A stretch of DNA of 64,000 bases from Bugula neritina (taxonomy: Eukaryota > Animalia > Bryozoa): the NCBI GenBank assembly GCA_964035545.1, contig OZ037767.1:31326628-31390627 (forward strand), in the 5' to 3' direction. The notes under the pieces were generated by a model. It was not told the DNA's origin. It was given only the letters and a program-made list of their open reading frames with translations, and did no database searches. Shown piece after piece: positions 23,531 to 36,500 of this stretch. Each line of letters opens with the position of its first letter. Position 1 is the stretch's first letter. Both the position numbers and the translations under genes were made by a program.

Positions 23531-26500
23531 ATGGAGATACTCGGGCTGGAAATACCTCTGTGGGTGTCACTCACCACTATCTTACTCAGTCTTCTTTATT
23601 GGTGAGTGTATACTTACATTGTGCAGCTTCGCACTTCATGCTTCTATATTTTAAGTCGTAGTTTTAAGAAAGCATACTGCAAAAACCTGGTCTATAGGCT
23701 CCGTATTATTAGGTAGATATGTTGAAATAAAGTTATTTTATTTAAATAAAATATTTGCAAAATTCATATGCTTTTAAAAATTAAAACTAGAAAAATACAA
23801 ACTGTATCTGATAAATGATGTGCCTTTTCAAGCTTTACTTGCTGTGGTATGAGCATTACCTTTGCAAAATGTTGATGCAACACAATTTTCTTAAAACGTT
23901 TTCTAGAGGGAATGCTTTTAATAACAGTTGGTTGCATGCCACAATAGATAATTAGCTGTAATAGCATTTGAGTCATATTATTTATCCAATTTGAAAGTTT
24001 ATTTTGGTTGCTGTCACTAACAAAATTCTGCATAGTTTTTTGAGAGTTAGCTTGTATAAAAGTCATATAGCTATAAAAACTAAGAAATTGTTTAATTGTT
24101 TGATTATCACGGCTGCCAATAAAATGATTTATATTAAATCTTCCCAAGATTGTAAAACCTAATAATAAAATTAGTGATGATTCTTTATAATCATTTTACT
24201 TGTTACTTTTTATATGGTTTAGTGAACATTGTCACGGAGAGTTAGAGCTTACAAACAGCTTTTTTTGCAAAGAAATTATAATTATTACATCAGAAATATA
24301 GATGAACTTTTTAGTGAATGATGCACTAAAGGAAAGGGAATTCATTCATGTATGCACTGTATAATAACGTGTTTAATAACAACCGCATGTATATTTAATA
24401 CTATGAACCTTAGTTTCCCTTAGAATTATGGAAACAAATTTATTTGTTATATTCTTCAATTTTTTAATCTGATTTTAGAACTAAATGTATATTTTCAAAA
24501 AGCCAACTGCTATTAACTCTATCATAATACTTTCATAGACTTAATTACTAATTAATTTGTTTTTATTGTTTCACAGGTATGGAACATCAACATTCAACAC
24601 ATTCAAAAAGATGGGGGTGCCTTACCAACCAGCCTGCATCCCTTTTGTTGGGCACATGATGGAGCTAATCATCAAAGTCTGTACTAACAGTTTTTTTCTC
24701 GCAAACTGACGTTTTTTTGCTAAGATAAATTAATTAAGATTGAGAATATTTTTAAAATATTATATTCATATTTTGTCATGATGATAACTCTTGGAAAAGC
24801 TATTTTGGTAATGATTCACCTAGACCTAAAATTAAGTAACATTTTTCATTTACTACTACAGTCAGTACCTGAACTTTAGGTCTAAAGTAAAATAACATAA
24901 TAATATTATCCATCATTTTTTACAGTCAGCACCTGAACTTCATATGAAGTATGCAAACAAGTTCCCTGGAAAAGTTTTTGGGTAAGTTCCAGGTTGCAGT
25001 ATCCTAGTGAATAAAACTTCGGTTTGTTTACAGCCAGTAGATCAAATTCCAATGTATTACATAATATATCAGTATTATTTAAGTCCTGAGCTGTTGAAAA
25101 CCATATTTTTATTTTGACTGTACTGTAGAGTGTTTCAAGGCAAGAAACCAGCTCTACAAGTAGCTGATGCTGAATTTGGCAAAGAAGTGACTATCAGGGA
25201 ATTCTCTGCCTTCATGGACAGAGGTATATTAATTGACGAAGACTCTCTGGCTGGAAATCAAATTGGTGCAATCAAAAGTGACCACTGGAAGCATGTCCGT
25301 ACAATTCTAGCACCAACTTTCACTTCTGGCAAATTAAAGCAGGTTAAATACTAAAATTATTATGACCAATACTATTATTAGTAAATCTTGAGTGCATGTG
25401 TGTAGGCTGCTATTTAGATTTAAAAGCTGAGAATAAACTTCAAAGACGTTTTTAAAAATCTTGAAAAAATTAATTTCTACAATTTTCACTGTCCGAATAT
25501 TACACTGTTTTGAGATCTACTTGAGCAACAAATAGAAAATATTTTGTGATTTTTAAATTTAAGATTGAAATTTTGACACACGTATTTATTGAATTATTAA
25601 TGAGTTTTACTTGGTTTTACAGATGTATCCTCTGATACAGAGATGTTCCCAGAGGTTTGTGAAACATGTGAAGTCTGCAGAGGCAGCTCCTGTAGTCATC
25701 AAAGAGTGAGTAAACTATAATATAAGATAATATTCATACATGTATATGTGTAGATCACAGTTGAAATATGAAATAGTTTTATGTACTGCATGCAGTTTTA
25801 CTTGCTTTTAATTTGATTGTTTTTAAATTTTGACTCTGGTTAAACCTGGGGATGGCTTGTTTTAACAATTAATCCATCATTTACAGGATAATTACATAAT
25901 AATTTAGCAAGGGTTACGCTGCATAGAGACAGTATAGGATAAAAGGAAAGTTCCTGATTTTGCTAAAGAAAGTGTGCCTACATTACATAACATTCACTTT
26001 AATACATAACCATGTTTTCGTTTAAGCTTCTATATCCTAAGAAAGTAAAAATGGCATTGTTTCATTTATGCCTCTACATGGACGAGGTTTTGTGACACAA
26101 TAGTTTGGAGTTACCTCATCTGATTCTCTAAACAAGTCATTTTATTGTTTTTAGAGTTCAAGTTTTTCTATTATTGCCTATTGATATATAGTCTTATTTC
26201 CTAGAGTCTGATTTTGCTTTTAGTTACACATCTGGTTATACGATGGATGTCATTGCAAGCACAGCTTTTGGTCTGGATGTTGACGTACAGGAAACCACGG
26301 ATCATAAGTTTATTTATCACGCTAAGAAGTTCTTTGGATTCCCAACAGATGACAGAACAATCACCAAAATAAAATCTGCCCTCAACATTCTGATTGTGTG
26401 TAAGTTTTTAAGTAGTTTATTTTAAATGTGTCAACATAGTTTTTAATAAATCAAATATTTTTATTTAGTTTATGTTTTGTAGTTGTGCTCCCACAATTTA

Positions 26501-28762
26501 TCAAGAAGTTTCTTGGATTATTTTTTGACATGACGTTCTCTGGAAAGGAAACCTCCACTTATTTAGAGAATCTGATTGCCACTATACTAGATCAAACAGA
26601 AGCTGAGCCTGAGGTATTCCTTGATTAACCCAACACTAAGTCTGTTATATTCTGCTTTGTTCAATGCATGAAGCCAAGGATAAATTATATAAGGTGTGAA
26701 AAACCAACACTTGGCTAGTTAAAAAGAGTATCCAATGTGCGCATGATACTATCTTGTTCTTTACCTCAATATTGACGTTGGAATGATTTGTAGCATTTAA
26801 AAGACCCGTGTGGCGTGTTCAGATACCACCACTCCTTCTGTCTTTACGTTTATTACATCGCCTTTTTTACGATCTTGCAGAAAAATAATAACTTCATATC
26901 AATGTGCAAAGACAAGTTGGTAGATCTAGATAAAGTTGAAGAAACCAGCATAAAAACTACAAACGGCAAAAAGTGGACTACCCAAGGTGAATAATAGGAA
27001 ATTGAAATTAAAATCATATATATATTTCTTTTAACATATATATTTTTAACAATATACACATACATACAAATCCTGAATTAGCTGCTGTCCATATATAGTG
27101 TATATGTAGTGTATATATATATATATATGCATGTTTATAAAATGCAGGTTTAACAAGAAAAGAAGTGATGGCTAATGCTGCCGTGTTTATTTCCGCTGGA
27201 TTTGAAACAACAGCATCAACTCTTCAGTTTTTCTTCTATCTCATGGCTATTCACCCAGATATTCAAGACAAGGTTAGTAATATTTTCAACTACATATAGC
27301 ATGTCAGTCAGTTATAGTGTTTTGATTAGTTTGTATGCACTCATTTAAGATTTTCGTAACTTTGAAGACTCTTTAACTGTGAAAAGACTAAAAGTCAATT
27401 TCAAATTAGCTTGAACGTTTTATTTCAAAAGGTTTCAGAACTTTAACTTTATAAATATTATTAGATTAGCACAAGTAGAGCGAAATGCTGAATTTGGTTC
27501 AAAATATATTTGTAGCTCTACACCCTCATTGCTGAAGTAGCAGATGAGAATGGTGAATGTTCATATGAAGACTTGAAGAAGTTAGAGTACCTTGACTGGT
27601 GTATAGATGAGTCTATGAGAATGTTTCCTATAGCATCTAGGTGGGGTGACATGCTTTAATATCTATGTGTTGGTGGCAATCCTGATAAACACTTTATAAC
27701 TCTTATGTATAATTATTATATAACCATATTTCTTATTTTACAACTAGAATAAACAGAGTAGCCAATAAAGACATCACCATCAAAGGAGTGAAGATCCCTA
27801 AAGGAATGACAGTGGAGATATTGGTGCATCATATCCACCGTGACCCAGATTACTGGACAGACCCTGAGACCTTTAACCCTGACAGGTGATGTAGACTTTA
27901 TACTCTGCAAACTCAGCTGCTGTTTTTAGTTTAATTTAATAGAAAGTTTGCTCTATGTTAACCAGGTTAAGAACATAGACATTACCATACGCAATGTCTA
28001 TGTATACTTAAAACATTATCATTGGTGGCTAAATTTTCAGATATTATATTTTTAGGTTTGCACCTGACAATCAAACGGATATCCTACAATATGCGTTTCT
28101 TCCCTTTGGCTCTGGAGGTAGAAAGTGTATTGCCTCTAGACTGGCTCTACTAGAAATGAAAGTTGTAATTATAAAGTCTTTGGCAGAGTTTAGATTTGAA
28201 GCTTGTGCAGACACTCCTAAGTTGGTGAGTGCTCATGCCTGCATCATTTTGACTTTCTAAATTTGATGTGCCTAACTTATTAATTTGTGTAGTTTAAGAG
28301 TGAAAACAATGTTTATTAAAAGTATATATAGCTGCAATAATAGTATTCATCATTTACCTTTATTTAACACACACAACCACACACACACACACACACACAC
28401 ACGCATTGCATTTATATTCTATTGCACTATGTTAAATATTATATTACATTGCATCATATGTTGCATCATATGTTGCATCATATGTTGCATTATATATTGC
28501 GTTAAATTATATATTATATTACATTAAGCTACATGTTATACTGTATTACATTATATATTATATTATAGTATATTATAATAGTATTATATTATATTATACT
28601 ATATCATATTATATGATTTTATATTATATTATATTATACTATATTACATCACATTGTATTATATTATTGTAGAAAGACCTCGAGTTCCGAAGCAGTATAA
28701 TAGTATTGGCCACAGCTACTCCTCTGAAAGTGTCAGTCGTACCAAGAAATAAAATATTATAA
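23531..28762 (+). CDS. Cytochrome P450 clan 3 (CYP3A-like), copy A; 13 exons: 23531-23601, 24577-24676, 24926-24981, 25129-25342, 25623-25705, 26224-26399, 26483-26613, 26881-26986, 27148-27272, 27516-27640, 27748-27885, 28056-28224, 28673-28762; 527 aa
   Basis: N-terminal TM anchor in a 71-nt first coding exon; C-helix WKHVR, PTFTSGKLKQM, YTMDVIASTAFG, I-helix AGFETT, K-helix ESMR, meander PDRF, heme motif PFGSGGRKCIA; open frame across all junctions. Confidence 0.93.
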
Positions 28763-30589
28763 CTTTAGATTCCTGTTATTAAACATCTAGGTGTAAGAGT
28801 TATGTGTCACCAAATTAGAAAAAAAATGATATTTTTTTCTTTACGCCTATGGAACTTGATGTATTTTTCGTAAGTATCATTATATAAATTATAGTACGGT
28901 TTTGCCTTTAGAGTATGAAGATATTTTTAATGGAATATATAACATGAGATATGGTATATAGTAACACACAATTGTGCATTTGTTATGTGGTGCATAACAT
29001 GTAAGACAAACAGTCTTTATTATGAATATTATATACATTTTATAGGTTGTAAAATATATAGTATATATCGTAATATATGTCAAATGTACAATATTTTACA
29101 TCAGGTAAGATCTGTGATGTAAGCTTTCAGATATGAAGCTTGGCTTTGTCTGTTGCTCACTATGTTAGCTTTCCATCAGTCAGTGCAGCACAGGAACTGG
29201 TTAAGAAAGGGTCAATTTAGCTTTACTCAAATTATAAACTGTTTAACAAAAATATAACAGGATTTATGTAACATGCACATACACACATAAGTATACTTTC
29301 TTGCTGACACAATTATTGTAAGCATTTAATTGAATTTATTGTTTCTAACTTTATGAAATAATTGCTCAGTTATAGCATTTAAATGAATTAGTGTCATTTT
29401 AGCTGAAGAAAATATATGTTAAAGAGTTTTATATCAAATAGAGTACACTTCCATTGACAACAGCCAATTTTTTATTTTACAACATGAAACAATATCGTAT
29501 ATATATTATATAACATTATGTGTTAGTAATTATACTGATATACATCATATATATAATATTATATTATGTTAGTAATACCGATATATACCATATATATGAT
29601 ATTACATGGTGAGTAATAGTGGTCTATGAGTGTGTTCTATATTTACTGTATAATCATGCAATGCATTTTGACGCCCACTCATCTAACAAATATAGTTCTT
29701 TATTATACTATATGACAGCCTTTTGTGAAAATTAGTTATGTAAGGATTTGCAGCTTTTTTATTTTATAAAATAAAGATTTACCTAAAAACAGATTGCAGA
29801 GCTGTACTGTGATAGGGGGAAGTGAAAGTTGTGATTACAATGTTGCAAGTGTTTAGGTTTAAATCTTGTAATGGCTGCGGCTGAAATTGGTATTTCAAAT
29901 GATTCTTCATTGCTGCTATATGTCATCAAATTTTTGGCCAGGTTTGACGGCTGCCATTCACTTCCAAGTGCTTATAAGTAGCTGAATGTTGACGCCATTC
30001 TTTTCATTTGATTTTAATGAAACAGAATTCTTACACTATTGCACACATACATGCCTATTCCCTTACCTTATTTCAACAAAATGTTATATTGGCATTGAAT
30101 GCTATATAAGGATCAGCTATTGAAAGCCATATTTAGCATAGAGTTTTCATTCCACCAGGTAGCTCTTATTGATAAGCATAACTACTAAATAAACACGCTT
30201 ATGATAGTATCAAATTTCAGTGAGTATGACTGTGTACACAGCCTTTGTACTACTGGTAGACCCTGGTTTACTTAGGATCGTATATACTGCATTATTAAGA
30301 TATTCCATTGCACCATCTAAGGCAATAGCTATTGTTATCACACATAGCCTCGAGCCTGCATATATAGCGAGCCCTAGTTTATATAGTATCACTATACATA
30401 AGTTGTCTCATAAATCAGTTAGAGCAAGCAGTGAATGGATTATTGCGACACTTGATGTGATACAGCTAGCAGCCAGTTACTATTAGCACATTCCACATCC
30501 TCTCTGCTAAAACACTGTACTCCGCAGCTGTGCTGTGCAGCCTTGTCATAGCAGCTAGTAGCTCACCCTTGCATCACAAGTTACTGAAG

Positions 30590-33500
30590 ATGGAGATACT
30601 GGGACTGGAAGTACCTCTGTGGGTGTCACTATCCACCATCTTACTCAGTCTTCTATATTGGTGAGTGTAGGCTAACTCAGATTTAATTTTCTACGATAAA
30701 TATTGTAGTCAGATTGAAATATGTATTTGAGCACCGAAATCACCAGATATTATGTCGTGAGTGAGAATAGCCGGTTTCCTTATTGTTTCACAGGTATGGA
30801 ACATCAACATTCAACACATTCAAAAAGATGGGGGTGCCTTACCAGCCAGCCTACATCCCTTTTGTTGGGCACATGATGGAGCTAATGACTACGGTTTGTA
30901 GTAGAGTTAAAAGTTGCGTGTATGATAGAGTCCCTTTTTCTTGCTGCATACTTGAAAACATAGTTCATTGCACTCCATCCTCTAGAAATTTGTATGTTAG
31001 AAACATGTACCCTCTAGAGTCTAGAGACCTATTGCAATAAAAGTTGAATGCTTTACTTTTTTTATTAACTTTAACTTAAATGAAAAGTAATTCCTATTGC
31101 ATATTTGTGAAGACAAGCTAATTTTTACTTGCTACAATACTCAATATATTTTATAGAAAGACTTTAAGTTGATCAATAACAATAAAGCTAATGTGAAGTG
31201 AAATGTCTAAAGTAACTTCAATAAAGTATGCCTATTCAATGCTTTTTATCAACTTTTGTGCAAACAGGATGTAGATGGCAACTTATCATTTAAGCTAAGG
31301 TTGCCTTATACAGTCAGTACATCAAATATTCACTGAATTAACTCTCAATATATTAGCAAATGTAAAATCCTGGCAACCCAACCAGTTAATCTAAAGTTTG
31401 CTCCTTTTACAGTCTGTGCCTCACCTTCATGAGAAGTATGTGAAGAAATTTCCAGGCAAAGTATTTGGGTATGTTTAGATTATATAATATCTGTATAGAG
31501 CTAGTAAACAGAGATTAAGGTAGTGTGTTACTGTGTTTACACATAGGCTGCTAGATGTGCGTGGTTTAAAAGACAGCATGGCGACTCTTATAATTGTGTG
31601 TAATTTACTTCTGTGATCTCAAAGGCTGTTCAAAGGTCAGCATTTACTGAAGACATCAAGGTCTAATTTATCAATATAGGTTTATTATCTTTGCTAAGTT
31701 ATAGCCATGATAGCATGATGAGTGCTTATTGTATATATGCTTGTGACAATATGCACAGAAAGCAGCATGCATGCTAAAGGCATTATATGTTATCTAACCT
31801 TCAGTACTTTGATGTTAGTCCAGTGACATCAGACTGTAAGATTAATACAACGGGCACCTCCAAACCACCCCTCTCTCCTTCACTAATACAGTCCATACTT
31901 GATGTGCTGTAGGATGTTTCAAGGTCGAACTCCAGTCTTAGACGTGGCTGATGCTGAGTTTGTTAAAGAGGTAACTATTAAGGAGTTTTCTTCTTTTATG
32001 AATCGGAGAACGCTAATAGATGAAGACAGCATTGTAGCTAACCATGTGGGGGCAATTACTAGTGACCACTGGAAACATATCCGTACACTTCTGACCCCAA
32101 CCTTCACTTCTGGTAAACTGAAACAGGTGAGAATAATAGAATAAATGTTGCAGCTTGAATAAAAAACCTTGTTTGACAAGAGAGCAATGTTGACATCATA
32201 GCTGTTTTATAAACCATGGCTCAACTGGTAGCTTCACTAATAAAAACATGTCAAAAGAATTTTAGTGCTAATAAAAACTATACTAGTATAATACTTTATA
32301 TTACTGCTATAATATATCATGCTACTAGTAGAATCTATTATATTACTAGTGCAACATAGTATTGGAGTAATATATTACATAGTATTGGAGTAATATATTA
32401 CATAGTATTGGGGTAATATATTACATAGTATTGGAGTAATATATTACAGGTATAACACTATAAATGAGATATAATCAATTATAAGCAGATTATAAAAACT
32501 AACCAGCTGCAGAAACTTCTTATTCTTGCGTCACTTTGAATCGTATAACTATTGGCAGTCGCTATATTATATTATAATTTATATATCCTCTCATAATAAT
32601 GCAGGTATCTCTTAATCTATCAATACAACACCGAAAGTTAAATTTGAGCTGCAGAAAGAAATTAAGTAATGTAGGTTTTTTAAATCCTCTACAGTAAGTA
32701 TTTTGACACAAGGGAGCAGTTGCAAAGACTGTAATATGGTTTGAGAAATTGTCCTGTACAAATTATGGGGAGGAAAATAAATGAATTTGTAGTTGCTTTG
32801 ATTAGTTAAGAACAGTTTAGTAGCTGTTCAAATATTTATTATGGCTTCTCTAACTTAAAGCTGTTAGAAGTTGTGTCCACTTGTGTCTCTTTTATTCCCA
32901 TAGATGTACCCTGTGATACAGAGGTGTTCCCAGAGGTTTGTAAAACACCTGAAATCAACAGAGGCAGCTCCTATAGTCATTAAAGAGTGAGTTAAGTATA
33001 TAAGATAAATATAGTGTTAAGTTTACCCAGCGGCTCGATAGTGTAACAGTCGACATGCCTGCTTTCAAGCTGGAGGTCTCCGGTTCGAATATCAGCAAAA
33101 GTTTTATAGATAATAGGTCTATTTTGTGGGTTGTTATCAGTCTAAGATCTTAATCCAGATAACCAACAGCTTCTTATCTCTTATGTCTAGTGTTTAATGA
33201 AAGTAAGTCATTTGTGATGTGTTCAAACACAGGAATGCTAAGCCTGTCTCAAGCGCTGCTTCATCCCTAAATGCATGCTGTTAGAAATGTGGATTCATCT
33301 AGACTCTAGAGTTTTATAATATTTTCTTTTAACTTTAAAAGGTTAAGATATGATAAAAATAATACAGTAATAATAGGAATAATATTAGCTAATACAGCGT
33401 ATAAACAAACAGTCTTATAATGATTGTGTAATGTTAATTCTAGATCATATGTCTTGGACTGATCCATCTTAAACTCAAGCAAATTGTACGAAAACATACA

Positions 33501-36500
33501 TTATGTGAATAAAATAATATTTATTGTGACTTTTAATTTTGTGAATTTTTACACCAGTTTAATGGTTATATTAGCAGCTTATCACATTTACATCTGAAAC
33601 TGTAATATATCTTTCGATTTTCACAGTTTGTATAAAAGAGAACAAGCTATAATATTTTGTCAATATTGTTTTCAACATGACACTATGTTTCAGCTATGCA
33701 TCTGGTTATACAATGGATGTCATAGCAAGCACAGCTTTTGGTCTGGATGTTGACGTACAGGAAACCACTGATCATGAGTTTATTTATCATGCTAAGAAGT
33801 TCTTTGGGATTCCAGTTGATGACAGAATAATCACAAGAATAAAATCTACCTTCAACATTTTGAATGTCTGTAAGTCTCCCTTGTCTTCCCTCTCTACTGC
33901 TTTCTGGTTCTGTTGTACTCTAGTCTAATCTTGTTATAGTCTGCCGCAATCTAACGTCAGCATTAATTAAGCTGTCTGAAATAAAAAAGTCTATTTTTAG
34001 TCCTGCTTCCAAAGTTCATCAAGAACTTTCTTGGTGTCTTCTTTGATATGTCTTTCGCTGGATTGGAAACAACTAACTACCTTGAAGGATTGACCCATGC
34101 AGTTTTAGACCAAAGTAAAACTCAGATTGAGGTAAAATATTAGAATAATGTGATGTCATTGTATAGAGAGCTTGTGCTACTATAAGGCATAATATATGTA
34201 TGAAGAGGTATGGCTATATTATAGTTGTATAATATGATAATATATAGTATTATATAATGCTGATTACGAAGCTGTAATTGAGTGATAGTATTGATAGGCC
34301 TGTAACACTATATTTTATATCTATAATCTTATGATGAGTGTCTCTTTTAAGCTTGTTAATATCACAATATAATATTTTACTTTAAACTTAGAGGAATAAT
34401 GCTTAAACACCCGCACTAATAAAGTAGTCTATACTGCACTTTTGAGTTATAAGTCTGAAAATTTAGCTTTCGTTTCTTCTTTCTAATGCACTTGAATTAG
34501 TAGTAGATTTGCAGTCACCAATATTTGCATGTAGAGATATAAGTTGAGGAATATGCTAAACATTTATGAGTCATGCAATTATAAAGTTTAAGGTTAGCAG
34601 CATTAAAGAAAATTGTTATTAGGATATATTCTGAGGTTGTGACTAGCCAGCTCAATTAGCTGTCGTCAGAAGGGAAATAAAAACTCTGTACAGTTATTTT
34701 AGTGACTTTGTTTAGAAAAATCTACTAGTAATAAAGCAGTCACTATTGTAAGGAAATAGTCACTATGTAAGTCCTCTACATTTCCCTAACCTACGAGATA
34801 TTCAATTTTACGTCTCACTCAACTTACTAAATTTATTTATATACTTGTATTCTCTAGAAAAGAAAAGACTTCATATCAATGTGTGCAGACAAAGTAGTAG
34901 ATCTAGGTGAAGTTGATAAAGATAGTATCAAGATGACTGAAGGAAAAACCTGGACTACTCAAGGTAAAATATTATGTTAACTTATGTTTTACCTGGATGA
35001 CAAAACATTTAATAGAGCGATTTGATACAGAACTTTCAACTCTTAAATGTCAATTGCATTAATACAACTAGCTATAATATAAACAATAACATGTAATCTG
35101 TTGCCAACTTTTCCTGAATGACGGTTAAGGAAAGCTCAAAAACTCAAGCCAAAAGCTCTTTTAAATTTATTAAATTAGAACAAAAAATTAAAAAAACAAT
35201 GTTTTATTTATTTACACTTAATAATTATCCTACATAAATATTCAATATATAGTTGATAATTACTATATGATTTAGTTATTTTATACTCTGCATTTACGTT
35301 AATACAAACTAAAGGCTTTTTATCTCCAGGTTTAACCAGAAAGGATGTGATGGCAAACGCCGCTATTTTTATTTCTGCTGGATATGAAACCACAGCATCA
35401 ACTCTTCAGTTTTTCTTCTATCTCATGGCTATTCACCCAGATATTCAAGATAAGGTATGCGCACAGTCCTTATTCTTAAACTTTCAACTTTTTTGCTGCA
35501 AACTATTTTTATCAGCGCATACTGAAATGTCAATTGAAAGCATTCGCTTGAAAAAGTAATTGAGTTATATTTCAATTTTACCAAGACAAGTTAAGGCACA
35601 ATATTTTATTTCTCCATTTTAACAAGTTAGCTGCATGCATCTTTTTATACTTGAAAATGGTTGCTTCATTTAAATTAGAAATGTTATAAGAATTAGAAGT
35701 TGACCTGCTTAATGCATTTCCGTTTAGTATCTATCATTCATGTGATATAAGTGTTAATTTAATCAAACTGAGTATATTTTAGTTATTATAATTTGATTTT
35801 GTTGCTGTGTGTATGAGAAATATAAAGTTGGTGTTATATGATGTGAAACATTGAAGTAATTTACAAAATTGCTTTGTTCTTGATAGCTTTACTCATCAAT
35901 ATTGGAAGTAGCAGATGAGAATGGTGAATGTTCATATGAAGATTTGAAGAAGTTAGAGTACCTTGACTGGTGTATAGATGAGACATTGAGGATCTTTCCC
36001 ATAGCAATCAGGTATACCTTGCTGTAATCAGGTATACCTTGCTGTAATATAGTTGTGTTGTGAAATCAGCAAGAGTATGGGTATACGTAATCTAGCTATG
36101 CATCCTGTAAAACAGCTAGATGTGAGTTTTTAATATCTATGCTGATTGGCTACACTATTTCATTTCTTGTACTTTGGGTGTGGATCCAAATAGGTTCTTC
36201 AGAGTGAAGTATAATACTTTATGGGAAATTTGACCCCACAACCTTTTGACCTCCTGATTAAAGGTCATAAATGTTGGTGCTGAGCTGCAAGTTCGGAGTC
36301 CTGAATAATCTGAAATTGTGAGGCCACCAAGTTTTCCATCTATTCAGTTGTTTGATATTCTTATAGAACCTTTATTGCTCTATCTGTGTTGATACCTTCA
36401 GTACTTTGTGTTGATACCTTCAGTACTTTGTGTTGATACCTTCAGTACTCTGTGTTGGTACCTTTAGTACTCTGTGTTGATACCTTCAGTACTTTGTGTT

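Noticed and set aside
31919-32179. Antisense ORFs over CYP exons (also 41297-41485, 37750-37953, 56744-56932, 57944-58129)
   Set aside because: Shadow frames of real plus-strand exons.
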